A stretch of 64,000 bases of DNA from Bacteriovoracaceae bacterium (GCA_018649885.1 JABIHA010000035.1:1-64000); one strand, 5' to 3'. Shown: positions 47,240 to 58,442, counted from the first letter of the stretch. Program-made: numbers and translations. The notes: generated by a model not told the origin, from the letters alone.

Positions 47240-47938
47240 TCAATTCGACTTTGATGATTTGTGTTGGGGAATGTGCTTGTCTTTTCTGTTGTTGAGGTCA
47301 TTCATTACTTTGTGCTTAAAGTCTTTCCCCTCGCTTTTTTTCATTTCTGCTTTATAGAGATTGATGTCGAGAATTTCCAAATTCACTCGAAGTTTTCTAA
47401 AAATATGAATGGTCTTTTCACCGGGGGCCTGGACATGGTGGAGACCACCACTGTAGGCAATTAAAATTTTACCACCATCAAGTTTCTCTAAAATATCTGA
47501 AACTCCCCCTCTGACTTTCATCGGGTTTCCATCTTTATCTAGTCCAGATCGTCTCATCATCCTTCCCTCTGGTGCCATCACAATGATGGATTCTGGATGG
47601 ATGCTGTGTAAAAAATCAAACCAGGTGTCATCTCTTTTTCTGGTGATTGTGGCAATTTGGGGGAATAGGATTTTGTAGGCCCTGCCGACAATGGGTCTGT
47701 TAAGTGTAATATCAGCGCCGGGGACCACCGAGAATTTCGCCAGACGCCAAATATAGTTATAGGGAATCACTCCCAGAAATAGCGGCTCAAATAAAGATGT
47801 GTGATTGAGAAAGAGCAGCAGTTTGACGTTTTTGAGGTCTTTTTCATCGCCACTCAGCCAAGTGGTTTCAAAACGATAAAATATTCGAGACAATATTTTT
47901 ACCATCAAAAATAAAAGGGCACTGAAGAGGTAGCGCAT
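47240..47938 (-). CDS. lysophospholipid acyltransferase (PlsC-like)
   Basis: NHTSLFE (HX4E variant), MAPEGRM. Confidence 0.8.
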   Translation of the reverse strand: MRYLFSALLFLMVKILSRIFYRFETTWLSGDEKDLKNVKLLLFLNHTSLFEPLFLGVIPYNYIWRLAKFSVVPGADITLNRPIVGRAYKILFPQIATITRKRDDTWFDFLHSIHPESIIVMAPEGRMMRRSGLDKDGNPMKVRGGVSDILEKLDGGKILIAYSGGLHHVQAPGEKTIHIFRKLRVNLEILDINLYKAEMKKSEGKDFKHKVMNDLNNRKDKHIPQHKSSKSN

Positions 47939-47996
47939 AGAGCTTCATGGTAAGATAAATTGAAGCATTTGAATTGACCCAGTGAGGCTTAGGGTT

Positions 47997-49844
47997 TTAT
48001 ATACTCCAAAACATAAAAAGCTGAACAGCTTTGTTGGATTCTTTTAATAGTCTAAGATTTAGCTCATATAAAGCAATTAGATCATGGTGACCCAGTGACG
48101 CCTGGCCTGAATTGATGGCCACATTGATAGTTTTTTTGCAATTTCCCCAAATATCGTAAACAGTACTTAGCTGTTTGATCAGCTCTGGGTCATGGGTTCC
48201 AGGAAGACCTTGATCACTATCGCCCTTTAGCAGTCCATTTAAAGATCTTTCAAAAAGAGTCATTGAGTTAGCTAGCATCCTGCGATTGTTTTCTGGTTCA
48301 ATTCCGCCTGTGATTAATAATAGCTCTTTGGTTATTTTCTGGCTCAGCATTCGTTGGCGACCTGAGATATTTAGGATATTGGCCCCATCACTTTTTTCAC
48401 CGTTTCCGACACATTTGTTTGAATAGTCTTGAATTAAATTAACGGCCTTATTCATATTATCTAGGATCAGTGGGTTTTGGCGGGCCAGCTCTCGAAGTAG
48501 AGTAGAGTTTATTTGACCTTTCTCTGCACCGTTAATGAGTGGAAGAAATTCACGCCAAAGTCTTTTGACATATCTAAGCTGCTCTGTGATTGCTGGCTCT
48601 TTGATTTTAGTTAATCTAAGTTCCTTACTTCCATACAAAAGACCATCTAAAACCTGGCCAAACTCCTGTTTCGAGATCTTGAGATCACTCAGGGCATCTT
48701 CTTTGTTCACATTGCAGGATATAAATAAAACATCTTTGGAGATTTTCTGGATTAGCATTCGCTGTCTGCCCGCTAAATCAATAATAGATTTTACTTCGTG
48801 CCTAAATGATCGCCCTCGACTAGTGACACTAAACTGCCTAATATCTTCGTCAATCGCTTTGCACGACTGGGCCAACTGTTTTGAGTTTTCAGCACCAGAA
48901 AGAGAAATACTGCAGTTTTCGTGAATGCTTTTATCTAGTTGACCTATGGCCTTCATAACCTCACTTATACCAATTTGCTGTTCTTTTGAAGAAGCGGCAA
49001 TGCTATTGATATTGCCGTATACTTTTTGAATATTTTCAACGATAAAACCGAAGACCCCTTGTGCGTGGAGTGCTTTTTCGTGTCCATCATCAATTTTGAC
49101 TTTAGTTTCGCTAATAATTTCTTGAATCTTATTTTGGCCATTTTTAATATGAGCATCTATGTCTTTTGCTGCCTTGGATGTATTGTCAGCAAGTGCGTTC
49201 ATCTCTTTTGATACTACAGAAAATGACTTTCCAAACTCCCCAGCTCTTTCAGCTTCAATATTGGCGTTACATGCCAATATTTTGGATTCAAAAGCAATCT
49301 TGCTTATAATCTCCGAGTTATTTGATATATTGGCAATGACTTCTAATATTTGCTCAAGTGCTTCATTGGAATTTTGGATCACTTTCATGGAATCCATCAG
49401 CTCTTCCATCATCTTTTGACCTTCAATGGTCTTTTCATTGACTTGTTTAGTAAGAGACTCGGAGCTTTGGGTGAATTCAGCATTTTTACTAACAGTTTGG
49501 GTAATTTGTTCCATGGCATTTACACAACTAAGAGAGGCCTCTTGTTGCTGTTCAGAGCTTTGGAGAATGCCGAAGTTAAGATCAGATAGATCCTTTGCAA
49601 TATGCATTAGCCCTTTCATTCCATTACCTAGTTTACTTGAAACAAGACTTAAATAGTTTGATAGTTTTTTCACTGAAAAAATCACCGGAAGAATGAATAT
49701 AAAATAAACTGCCAAAATGGCCAAGTGGGGAACTTTGTACCAATTGCTGTCAAAATGTACTCCCTCACTTTGAAGGCTCAATTGAAGCAAAATAAAAATA
49801 GCTGGGAAAGCAGTGAAAAAAATAATTTTTTTGTCAAATCTCAT
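47997..49844 (-). CDS. methyl-accepting chemotaxis protein with two C-terminal NarX/PilJ-type sensor domains
   Basis: 2 N-terminal TM; LACNANIEAERAGEFGKSFSVV tip; IDLAGRQRMLIQKISK and LNISGRQRMLSQKITK. Confidence 0.9.
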   Translation of the reverse strand: MRFDKKIIFFTAFPAIFILLQLSLQSEGVHFDSNWYKVPHLAILAVYFIFILPVIFSVKKLSNYLSLVSSKLGNGMKGLMHIAKDLSDLNFGILQSSEQQQEASLSCVNAMEQITQTVSKNAEFTQSSESLTKQVNEKTIEGQKMMEELMDSMKVIQNSNEALEQILEVIANISNNSEIISKIAFESKILACNANIEAERAGEFGKSFSVVSKEMNALADNTSKAAKDIDAHIKNGQNKIQEIISETKVKIDDGHEKALHAQGVFGFIVENIQKVYGNINSIAASSKEQQIGISEVMKAIGQLDKSIHENCSISLSGAENSKQLAQSCKAIDEDIRQFSVTSRGRSFRHEVKSIIDLAGRQRMLIQKISKDVLFISCNVNKEDALSDLKISKQEFGQVLDGLLYGSKELRLTKIKEPAITEQLRYVKRLWREFLPLINGAEKGQINSTLLRELARQNPLILDNMNKAVNLIQDYSNKCVGNGEKSDGANILNISGRQRMLSQKITKELLLITGGIEPENNRRMLANSMTLFERSLNGLLKGDSDQGLPGTHDPELIKQLSTVYDIWGNCKKTINVAINSGQASLGHHDLIALYELNLRLLKESNKAVQLFMFWSI

Positions 49845-50073
49845 TTGGCCAACTTCAAAATAAACTAATGTAAAAATGATTTGTATCTTTAAACAATGAT
49901 AGCAGCATACAAGTATTATTTACAAGTAAATGAAATACCTTGTATTTTGTGGACAAATATTTTGCTTTGTTTTTTAAATATCAATACATTTTATTTCATC
50001 TAGGGTGGGAGTGTGATCTAGGTCATAAAAAATTGTTGTGCACCATTTTTAACTCATTACACTGAAACTCCCT

Positions 50074-50100
50074 TAATAGTTTCAGCAAAATAGCCGAAAA
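50074..50100 (+). promoter_or_regulatory. sigma28/FliA-like promoter of the che operon
   Basis: TAATAGTT-N11-GCCGAAAA, 25 nt before cheA. Confidence 0.5.
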
Positions 50101-50125
50101 TAAGTCAGAGAAGAAGGAGTAGGGA

Positions 50126-52036
50126 TTGAGTACTGACGATGAATTTTTAAAAGAAATTCAAGAAGATTTTATCAGTGAGGCCAAGGATCTTGTAGAGAGA
50201 ACTGAATCTTGCTTTCTCAACTTTGAGAAAAATCCCACAGACCAAAATTTAATGTCTGAAATTCTGAGACTTTTTCATAACCTTAAAGGCTCAAGTAAGG
50301 CTGTTGGCTTTGACCATCTTGCGAATTTTTCTCATCAGGCCGAGGATTTTCTCGTTGCTGTGAGAGATGGTGGTATTGAAAGTGGTTCAAGTGTTGCGGA
50401 TATTTTACTGAAGATAAATGACACTTTAGGAAGTTCTGTGCAAATGCTTGAAGAAGGGGAAGATCCTTCAGATATATTTGTGCCAGTCCTTGCTGATATT
50501 GCTAAGGTTAATTCAGGTGAGATTGAAGAGAATGAAACACAAAAAGAATCAACTCTTGTTTTTCATACACCAAAAAGTGAAGACTTTGACGAAGAGATCT
50601 CTTGGGATGAGGGCGCAAGTGTAAGTGATGAAATCCCACAGGTGAAAGAGGATACTCCTTCAATGAGTGATGATGAAGCCCTGGCCCTATTGCAAGAAAT
50701 GCAGCAAGAATCAACTGAAACAGTAGAGTCAATTGGCTCAATCAATTTTGAGAGTGAGGATCCAAAAATGGACGAACTACCTCCGGCCCAGGCTTCCATT
50801 GCAAATGATATCGTAAGAGAAGTTAAGCCAGTAGAGACAGAGAAAAAGGCTGCTCCTAAAGCGGCGGAACCAATAAAAGTTGGACTTGATAAAATTGATA
50901 AGATTCTCAATTCATTTGGAGAACAAGTTATTTTGCAGTCAAAATTGGCCCATTTAGTTAAAGGGGTTAGTGATGTAATCCCCAGTGAAATTTTGAGTGT
51001 TATGTCACAACTTGAAAAAATCACATCAGATCTCCAGGCCACTTCAATGAATTTGAGAATGGTATGTATTAAAACTGTTTTTAACAGAATGGAGCGAGTA
51101 GCAAGAGAAACTGCAAAGGCCACAGGTAAAAAAATTGTCTTTACTCAAGTTGGTGCTGATTCAGAGTTGGATAAAACCATAGTTGATTCACTAATTGACC
51201 CATTGACTCACATGGTTCGAAATGCCATTGATCATGGAATTGAAACTTCAGAAGAGAGAATTAAAGCAGGAAAAAATGAAGAAGGTGAAGTTATTCTTGG
51301 TGCTAGAAGGCAGGGAGGATTTTTCGTTATAGAGGTTAAGGATAACGGTAAGGGTCTTAGTCGAGAGCTTATTGCAAAGAAGGCCATAGAAAAAGGTCTC
51401 ATTGCCAGTGATGAAGGAATGGATGATAGTGAAATATATAATTTAATTTTTAAAAATGGATTTTCAACAAAAGATGTTGCCACAGATGTTTCAGGTAGAG
51501 GTGTGGGAATGGATGTTGTACGAGAGATGTTCAAGAAACTTAAAGGTACCTGTGAGATTCAATCAATTCTTGGAGAGGGCAGTGTCTTTACTGTAAAACT
51601 TCCTCTTTCGCTCGCTTTATTTCAAGGAACAGTAATTGAAATTAATGGTGAGAAATATATTATACCTAATTCAGATTTTAAAGAGACAGGTGTGGTCGAT
51701 TCTGATGGACTCGAGCAAACTTCTTCTGGTGACAATGTTCTTAAATATAAAGATAGATTGATGCCTGCTATTAGTTTGAATTCCTATTTCCCAATTAAGG
51801 GAGGAGAAAAAAAAGAAGGCACTTCTTCAATGGTTGCTGTGGTAAATGTGGCCAGGAAAGAATATGCCTTGATTTTTGATGAGATATTATCTCAAGAAAG
51901 AGTAGTGCTTAAGAAACTCGATGTTGATGTTGAACAGGTCAAAGGAGTTTCTGGGGGAACGATATTAGGTGACGGTAAAGTCGCTTTGATTTTAGAATTG
52001 AGTGAAATTGTTGGACAATTTTACGAAACGGGTTAG
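50126..52036 (+). CDS. cheA: chemotaxis histidine kinase CheA
   Basis: FHNLKGSS Hpt, HMVRNAIDHG, DNGKG, SGRGVGMDVV, CheW-like tail. Confidence 0.97.
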   Translation: MSTDDEFLKEIQEDFISEAKDLVERTESCFLNFEKNPTDQNLMSEILRLFHNLKGSSKAVGFDHLANFSHQAEDFLVAVRDGGIESGSSVADILLKINDTLGSSVQMLEEGEDPSDIFVPVLADIAKVNSGEIEENETQKESTLVFHTPKSEDFDEEISWDEGASVSDEIPQVKEDTPSMSDDEALALLQEMQQESTETVESIGSINFESEDPKMDELPPAQASIANDIVREVKPVETEKKAAPKAAEPIKVGLDKIDKILNSFGEQVILQSKLAHLVKGVSDVIPSEILSVMSQLEKITSDLQATSMNLRMVCIKTVFNRMERVARETAKATGKKIVFTQVGADSELDKTIVDSLIDPLTHMVRNAIDHGIETSEERIKAGKNEEGEVILGARRQGGFFVIEVKDNGKGLSRELIAKKAIEKGLIASDEGMDDSEIYNLIFKNGFSTKDVATDVSGRGVGMDVVREMFKKLKGTCEIQSILGEGSVFTVKLPLSLALFQGTVIEINGEKYIIPNSDFKETGVVDSDGLEQTSSGDNVLKYKDRLMPAISLNSYFPIKGGEKKEGTSSMVAVVNVARKEYALIFDEILSQERVVLKKLDVDVEQVKGVSGGTILGDGKVALILELSEIVGQFYETG

Positions 52037-52043
52037 GTGAGAA

Positions 52044-52538
52044 ATGATTGAAGATGAGAAATCACAGGAGAAAGGTTTAGGGAAGAAATACCTCAACTTT
52101 TCAATTGGCGAGAGAGTCTATGCTGTACCTCTTCTAAAAGTAAAAGAAGTTGTCTCAGATTTTGAAATTACTCCAGTACCAAAAGTTCCATCTTGGTTTA
52201 GGGGATTAATCAATCTAAGAGGAGGAATCCTCTCAATTATAGATCTCAACACCAAATTAAATCAAAAAGAAACTGATCTCAGCGTGAAAGAAACGTGTGT
52301 GGTCATTTTTGAAATAGAAGAAGTCGTTATAGGCGTACTTGTTGATGAGGTGATTAAAGTATCAAATTATTTTCCAGATCAACTTTCTTCTGGAGATGTG
52401 ATTAAGAGTTCTAATAGCAATAAATTTATAGAAAGTGTGATTAAAGAAGAAGATGGAAGCCTAACCTTTTTATTAGAGGTTGAAAGTGCTTTGGGAATAG
52501 AAGAACTACAAATATTAAAAGAAAAATTGGCCAGCTAG
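52044..52538 (+). CDS. cheW: chemotaxis coupling protein CheW
   Basis: ITPVPKVP..FRGLINLRG, GVLVDEV. Confidence 0.95.
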   Translation: MIEDEKSQEKGLGKKYLNFSIGERVYAVPLLKVKEVVSDFEITPVPKVPSWFRGLINLRGGILSIIDLNTKLNQKETDLSVKETCVVIFEIEEVVIGVLVDEVIKVSNYFPDQLSSGDVIKSSNSNKFIESVIKEEDGSLTFLLEVESALGIEELQILKEKLAS

Positions 52539-52547
52539 GAGATAATA

Positions 52548-54654
52548 ATGAAAACGAGTTTTTCACTAGGAAGTAAAATCTATGCATTTATACTTCTTTT
52601 AACAACAGCTTTAGCAATTTCAGCTTATCTTTTGATTAGCTCGACTTTGAAAAACATTGAGGGAGATAAATTATCTTCTCTGTCAAATCAACTTTCAGAT
52701 CGGCTGATAGAATCAACTGGCTTTAATGCCATTGTAAAGAGGAATAAGTGCCACAATACTTTCTGCCTCTCCTGAAAAAGCTGCAATACTACATCAAAAA
52801 GTTTTGGGTCTTCGTAAAAAAGGTGATGAGAAATTTAATCAGGCAACCGCTTTTACGGAAAAATATCTGGCACTCAATGATCACAATATTTCATTTGCAG
52901 AAAATCATAGAAAATTGCAAAGAATAAGGTCAGAATTTGAAGAAAATAGAGCAACGATTGATAGATATGTCAGGGGAGAAAAAGTAGGATTAACTCCTAA
53001 GGCCTGGATTGCTCAGTCAACAGCATATATTTTTGCACAAACTGATCTTAGAAATGCAGGATTTCACTCAGATCTTGCAAGTGCTAATTCAGCTTTTCTC
53101 AATGTCACTCTAAAACAGAGGATATGGGAAGCTGGAGAATATTCAGGTCGAATAAGGGCCATTATGGGTGGGCATATTTCTGGAGGCAAAAGACTTAATC
53201 AAGCGACATTAAGTAAAGTGGAGCAGTATTGGTATCTCAGTGTCAATAATTTAAATGAAGTGATGAAGGTTAAAACTCAAAAAAGTATTGACCCTAAGTT
53301 AATTGAAAGCATTGAGGTAATGGAGAATAAATTTCTAGTAAATTTCAGTAAACTGAAATCCCAGGTATTTAAAGAAGGCTTTGAGTGGGAAAATAGTGGG
53401 TACTCATTAAGCGCAGGGGACTGGATTAAAAAGTCTACAGAAGCGATTAATTCCATACTAGCTGTGTCAAATGCAGCATCTCTCAAACCTGCTCATGAGT
53501 TAAATACTCAGCTTGCTGGAAATGATAAAAAAGTAAAAGTTTTGTGGGCCACAGTTGGATTTATGGCCATCCTTATCGTTTTTGCGCTTGTTTATTTCAG
53601 AAAATGGGTTTTGGGGCCTTTGAATAATTCAATGGAGCTTTTATCAAATGTGGCTTCAGAAGTGACTGTTTCATCTAGCTCCTCCTCAGAGTCATCAAAT
53701 AGTCTTTCCGAAACGGCCACAGAACAGGCCACGTCTTTGGAAGAGACTGCTTCATCACTGGAAGAGCTTTCCGCCATGGTAAAAAATAATGTGGGACAAG
53801 CTGAAAGTTCAAGAGATTTGGCCACACAGATGAAAGAAGTTTCTGATTCTGCTAAATTTACTGTTGAGTCTCTTGTGGGATCTATGAGCAAAATTAATCA
53901 AAGTAATAATGATATTCAGACTCTTGTTAAGGTCATTGAAGAAATTGGTGATAAGACAAAAATTATCGATGACATTGTTTTTCAAACAAAAATCCTCTCA
54001 TTTAATGCTTCGGTGGAAGCTGAAAGAGCTGGGGAGCATGGAAGAGGTTTCTCAGTGGTGGCCCAAGAAGTAAGTAATCTGGCACAAGTAAGTGGAAAGG
54101 CCGCTGGAGAGATTTCTGCGATGGTTAAAGAGAGTGTTAAAAAGGTTGAAGAAATTTCAGCATCAAATAAAGATAGAGTTGAAGAGGGGAATGGAAAGGT
54201 TTCTGATCTATCCACAGTACTTGACGATATTTCAGATAAATCGGGGACAATCCTTGAAAGTAGCGACAAAATTGTTGTTGCCTCAAAGGATCAGTCCACT
54301 GGTATTTCACAGGTCAATGAGGCCATCTCTCAACTTGATCAAGCGACTCAGATGACGGCTGAGCTTGCCAGGTCAGCTTCAAACCAAGGGCACGAACTTG
54401 ATCAGCAAGCAGGTAATTTGAGAGGTCTGATGGCGAATTTGTCCACAATTATCTTCGGTGGAAGGCATTCTCAAGTAGCTGTGCAGTCTCAACCTGTGAG
54501 CCAAGTACAAAATAATGTTGTTCACCTAGATTTAAAGCGACCAGAAGAAAAGCACCAACATGATGGTATAAAAGTAGTCGGTGGAAGTTCTCTAAATCTT
54601 GATGGCGGTAAAAGTGAGAGCACAGGCCAGGATGATGAATGGGAAAAGCTCTAG
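52548..54654 (+). pseudogene. NIT-domain methyl-accepting chemotaxis protein with a +1 frameshift
   Basis: removing T at 52735 gives [12 protein letters not shown] and joins ORFs 52548-52775 and 52804-54654; [25 protein letters not shown]; ends DEWEKL. Confidence 0.85.
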
Positions 54655-55511
54655 TAAAACCCTCTAAAGATATTCCCCCAATTTTAGAAAGGGAATTTAG
54701 AGATCTATCCAAATATATCGTTGAAATAACGGGCGTAAAGCTTGTGACCGGCAAGGAGAATTTGTTGGAGTCGAGGCTTTCCAGGAGGCTTGGCCAACTT
54801 GGTCTTAATAGTTGGAGGGAGTATATAAGCTATCTTGAAAGTGGCATCGATGAAAATGAAAAGCAAGTTTTAATTAATTTAATCACCACCAATAAAACTC
54901 ATTTCTTCAGAGAATTGCCTCATTTTGATTATTTAAAAAAAGAATATATCCCAGAAAGATTCAAAGATTTCCACGATAAGGAAAAAACAGTTTTCATTTG
55001 GTCCGCAGCTTCATCTCGTGGGCATGAGGCCTATAGTATGGCAATGCTCCTTGATGATGAAATTTGTAAAAGAAGCTTACAGCACAATTTAAATTACAAA
55101 ATTCTGGGAACAGACATCAATACCAATGTGATAAACCATTCACAAAGAGGAGTTTATCCCGGCATTGAAGTTGAAGGGGAAGTTCCTACCGAGATGGTTC
55201 AAAGGTATTTTTTAAAAGGCGAGGGATCAAATGCGGGGAAGTACTTAATCTCAAAGAATTTAGCGAGTAATATTAAATTTAGGTACCACAACCTTGTGGA
55301 CCCTCATTCTATGCTCAATGTAGAGTTTGATGTCATTTTAGTCAGAAATGTTCTGATTTACTTTGATCGTAAGACTATTGATATTGTAATTAAAAAAGTG
55401 TGTGCTCATTTAAAAAGTGGAGGCCTTCTTATTCTTGGCCATTCAGAGCATCTAGAAAGTGTTCCTAAGGAATTAACCTATATGGGATCATCAATTTATA
55501 AAAAGACATGA
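54639..55511 (+). CDS. cheR: chemotaxis methyltransferase CheR
   Basis: [40 protein letters not shown]. Confidence 0.95.
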   Translation: MGKALVKPSKDIPPILEREFRDLSKYIVEITGVKLVTGKENLLESRLSRRLGQLGLNSWREYISYLESGIDENEKQVLINLITTNKTHFFRELPHFDYLKKEYIPERFKDFHDKEKTVFIWSAASSRGHEAYSMAMLLDDEICKRSLQHNLNYKILGTDINTNVINHSQRGVYPGIEVEGEVPTEMVQRYFLKGEGSNAGKYLISKNLASNIKFRYHNLVDPHSMLNVEFDVILVRNVLIYFDRKTIDIVIKKVCAHLKSGGLLILGHSEHLESVPKELTYMGSSIYKKT

Positions 55512-57013
55512 GTGATTTATTAAAAGAAATCTATTTAAAAGAAAATGAATTCTACTTTAGTAGTGAGGAGATCTATATATACACAAGTGTTTCTTCATGT
55601 GTGGTAGTTTCAATTTTTGACACTGAAAAAAAATATGGAGGGATATGCCATATCTCACTTGGCAGCTCAAGTGCTGAGAAGGATCATAAAACGGCAGAGT
55701 TTTTGATTAAGGCCCTTCTTAGAGAATTTAAAGATGGTGGGTCAAGACCTGAAGCTCTTGAAGCAAAAATTGTAGGAGGGTGTGACTCCCTTCGATTTAC
55801 AGAGTTTCACCCTTCACAAGATAATATCAATTCAACAATTGAGGTTTTAAAGCGTTACAATCTGAAAGTTGTCGCCAACTCAACAGGGGGAAGTTGCAGC
55901 GTTGATATAAAGTTTTATCCAACAACAGGTGAAATAAGAACTAGGGAAAAAAAGGAAAAGGCGAGGGCCAAAACGAAGGTTCTTATTGTCGATGATTCAA
56001 GAACTATTCAAAAGTTACTGAAAAAGATAATTAGTGAGGACCCTCGCTTAGAAGTTTCCGGTGTGGCCTGTGATGCGGCCATGGCCGAAATAGAGATTGG
56101 TAAAAATCGGCCAGATGTTATTACTCTCGACATTCAAATGCCGGGATTAAATGGTGTTGAATTTTTAGAGCAAGTCATTGTTCCCAAGTACAAAATTCCA
56201 ACAATTATGGTCTCTTCACTTAAAAAGAGTGAAAGTGAGCTTGTTTTAAAATCACTTGAATTGGGTGCGTTTAGTTATTATGAGAAACCTTCCTTTGATA
56301 AGATTAACCAAGTTAAGGAAGAGCTGACTGAGCTTTTATATACGGCCGGAAAGAGTGAGGTGAAACTTGCCAATATTCCGAAAAAAGGGCACAGACATTT
56401 TGCCGAAAGTGGACAAATTGATCTAAAAAATTCATTAATACTGATAGGTGCTTCCACCGGAGGGACAATTGCTTTAACTGAGTTAATTTGCTCTTTTCCT
56501 CCCAATATTCCTCCTACACTTATGGTGCTCCATATTCCTGAAGGGTTCTCAACATCTTTTGCTGAGAGGCTCAATCAGCAAACACCCTTTTTAGTGAAAG
56601 AGGCATGTGGAGGTGAAGAGTTATTACCCAACCAAGTACTACTAGCACCAGGCGGAAAGCAGATGAAAGTTGTCGAAAAGAGAAGAAAATTTATCATTGA
56701 AATTAATGATGATGCTGAGGTAAATAGGCACAAACCATCTGTGGATTATCTCTTTTTTTCGATTACCCAAAAAGTCAGAAAGAGGATGGCCGGCTGTATC
56801 CTTACTGGCATGGGGGCCGATGGTGCTAAAGGGCTTCTCCACCTAAAAAATTTGGGAGTCTACACTATTGCTCAAGATAAGGACAGTTGTGTTGTTTTTG
56901 GAATGCCTAAAGAGGCCATTAAGCTAGGAGCAGCTGAGAAGGTGCTCCCACTTAGTAAAATATCAGGCGAGTTATTTTTTCAACTGTCTAAGCGCAAGAA
57001 GAAATCTGCTTAG
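55508..57013 (+). CDS. cheB: CheD-CheB fusion (deamidase + receiver + methylesterase)
   Basis: TSVSSCV...GGICH, AKIVGG (CheD); VDDS, LDIQMP (REC); GASTGG, HIP, LTGMGADG (CheB). Confidence 0.92.
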   Translation: MSDLLKEIYLKENEFYFSSEEIYIYTSVSSCVVVSIFDTEKKYGGICHISLGSSSAEKDHKTAEFLIKALLREFKDGGSRPEALEAKIVGGCDSLRFTEFHPSQDNINSTIEVLKRYNLKVVANSTGGSCSVDIKFYPTTGEIRTREKKEKARAKTKVLIVDDSRTIQKLLKKIISEDPRLEVSGVACDAAMAEIEIGKNRPDVITLDIQMPGLNGVEFLEQVIVPKYKIPTIMVSSLKKSESELVLKSLELGAFSYYEKPSFDKINQVKEELTELLYTAGKSEVKLANIPKKGHRHFAESGQIDLKNSLILIGASTGGTIALTELICSFPPNIPPTLMVLHIPEGFSTSFAERLNQQTPFLVKEACGGEELLPNQVLLAPGGKQMKVVEKRRKFIIEINDDAEVNRHKPSVDYLFFSITQKVRKRMAGCILTGMGADGAKGLLHLKNLGVYTIAQDKDSCVVFGMPKEAIKLGAAEKVLPLSKISGELFFQLSKRKKKSA

Positions 57014-57059
57014 TTTAAATTATATTGACTGAGTGGATGGAATATCTAACTATTTATCT

Positions 57060-57404
57060 ATGGAAGAAAATGAAAGAAAAAAATTCAAAATCCTCATTGA
57101 AAAGTCTATTGAGGATGAGCACGACAATATCGAATCTTTGAAAAAGAACACTCAGCCTGTTTCACCCGATAATGCCATTGGTAGACTCTCTCGAATGGAG
57201 GCCATTTCAGAAAAAAGTGTATTTGATGCTTCACTCAGAAAGGCAGAATTGAGACTTCGCTCTCTTGAAGGTGCTCTAAATCGAGTCGAGTTGGAAGATT
57301 TTGGAATATGTTCTGAGTGCGCTGAGCCAATTCCTATGAAGAGGCTCCGCGCAGTACCTTATAGTAGTAGTTGCATTTCTTGTCTGGAAAGTCATGATGG
57401 ATAG
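57060..57404 (+). CDS. TraR/DksA C4-type zinc finger protein
   Basis: PDNAIGRLSRMEAI; FGICSECAEPIPMKRLRAVPYSSSCISC. Confidence 0.9.
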   Translation: MEENERKKFKILIEKSIEDEHDNIESLKKNTQPVSPDNAIGRLSRMEAISEKSVFDASLRKAELRLRSLEGALNRVELEDFGICSECAEPIPMKRLRAVPYSSSCISCLESHDG

Positions 57405-57410
57405 ATTTAG

Positions 57411-58199
57411 TTATCTATTAAGCACAATCTTTTGATCATTCTTTGCTGTTTTGCTCTTAGCTTTTTTGATATCTTCCATTCCTACAACAATTGTGTCAAT
57501 CGCCAGAGAGGTTCCACTGGCCATAGAGCTATAGACTTGGCCAACAGCGATATCTTTGTTGAGTAGAAAGTGATCTGTTTTTGAAAGGTAAACATAATTA
57601 ACCAGTGTTTCTCCAGGAGCTATTTCAGTTAAAGTATATGTTCCTGTAATAAAGTCAAAAGGCTCATTATTATCAGCTGGGTTATCTATATATTTCTTAG
57701 CTTCTTCTTCTGGAATCATAATGTGTTTGATTTCAACTGTTTTTTGTTTCTTAGCATTTTCAAATCTTTTAATTGTTAAAAGGTCATTGTGAACATAGGT
57801 TCCTCTTTTATAAACCCTTCTTTTAATAACCCATCTATCAGTTTCATATTTTTCTGCTTTATAGACCTTTTTAATATCTCTTATAACAAATGATTCAACT
57901 AGGTTTTGATTTTTATAGGGACATTCAAATTTTCTGTCGAGATCCTTTCTTCTTCTTTTATATTTGTTATTACATTTTTCTTCAAAATTTGTGATCTTTG
58001 TCATGACCTCACTCATGGGGCCTTCTATTTCTTTGTTGATTTCAGCGCGATAAATTCTGACGTCGCCTTTTTTACCACTTTCTAGAACCACACCTTTTTC
58101 AGTTTTCTTATCACCAAGTTTGATTCCATCGACGACAGTTTCCGAAAGTGCAGCACTGATGATGAGCAAACAACTAAATGTAACAACTAAAGCTTTCAT
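57411..58199 (-). CDS. secreted hypothetical protein, possible START/SRPBCC-like fold
   Basis: signal peptide; GTYTLTEIAPGETLVNYVY pattern. Confidence 0.7.
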   Translation of the reverse strand: MKALVVTFSCLLIISAALSETVVDGIKLGDKKTEKGVVLESGKKGDVRIYRAEINKEIEGPMSEVMTKITNFEEKCNNKYKRRRKDLDRKFECPYKNQNLVESFVIRDIKKVYKAEKYETDRWVIKRRVYKRGTYVHNDLLTIKRFENAKKQKTVEIKHIMIPEEEAKKYIDNPADNNEPFDFITGTYTLTEIAPGETLVNYVYLSKTDHFLLNKDIAVGQVYSSMASGTSLAIDTIVVGMEDIKKAKSKTAKNDQKIVLNR

Positions 58200-58442
58200 A
58201 ATTTCATCCCTATATATTTTGATCAGTTCAGCTAAAATCATTATAGTTCCTTTATGCTAAGTTGAAAGGCCGGCCGATGTGGCTATGAGAGCGCCTTTCT
58301 CAGGTATTTTAATAGTAACCTAAATCTAGCCAAAAACCACGCAGTGCGCCATTAAATGATGCCAAATTGTAAAATTTCCATTTCATGTGTTTCTTCTCTG
58401 CCGCCTAGACCTCGGCATCAAGTCACCACATAATAGATAGTT

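Noticed and set aside
32539..56842. Numerous 60-190 aa antisense ORFs within the ATPase, fadJ, MCP and che genes
   Set aside because: Opposite-strand shadows of well-supported genes
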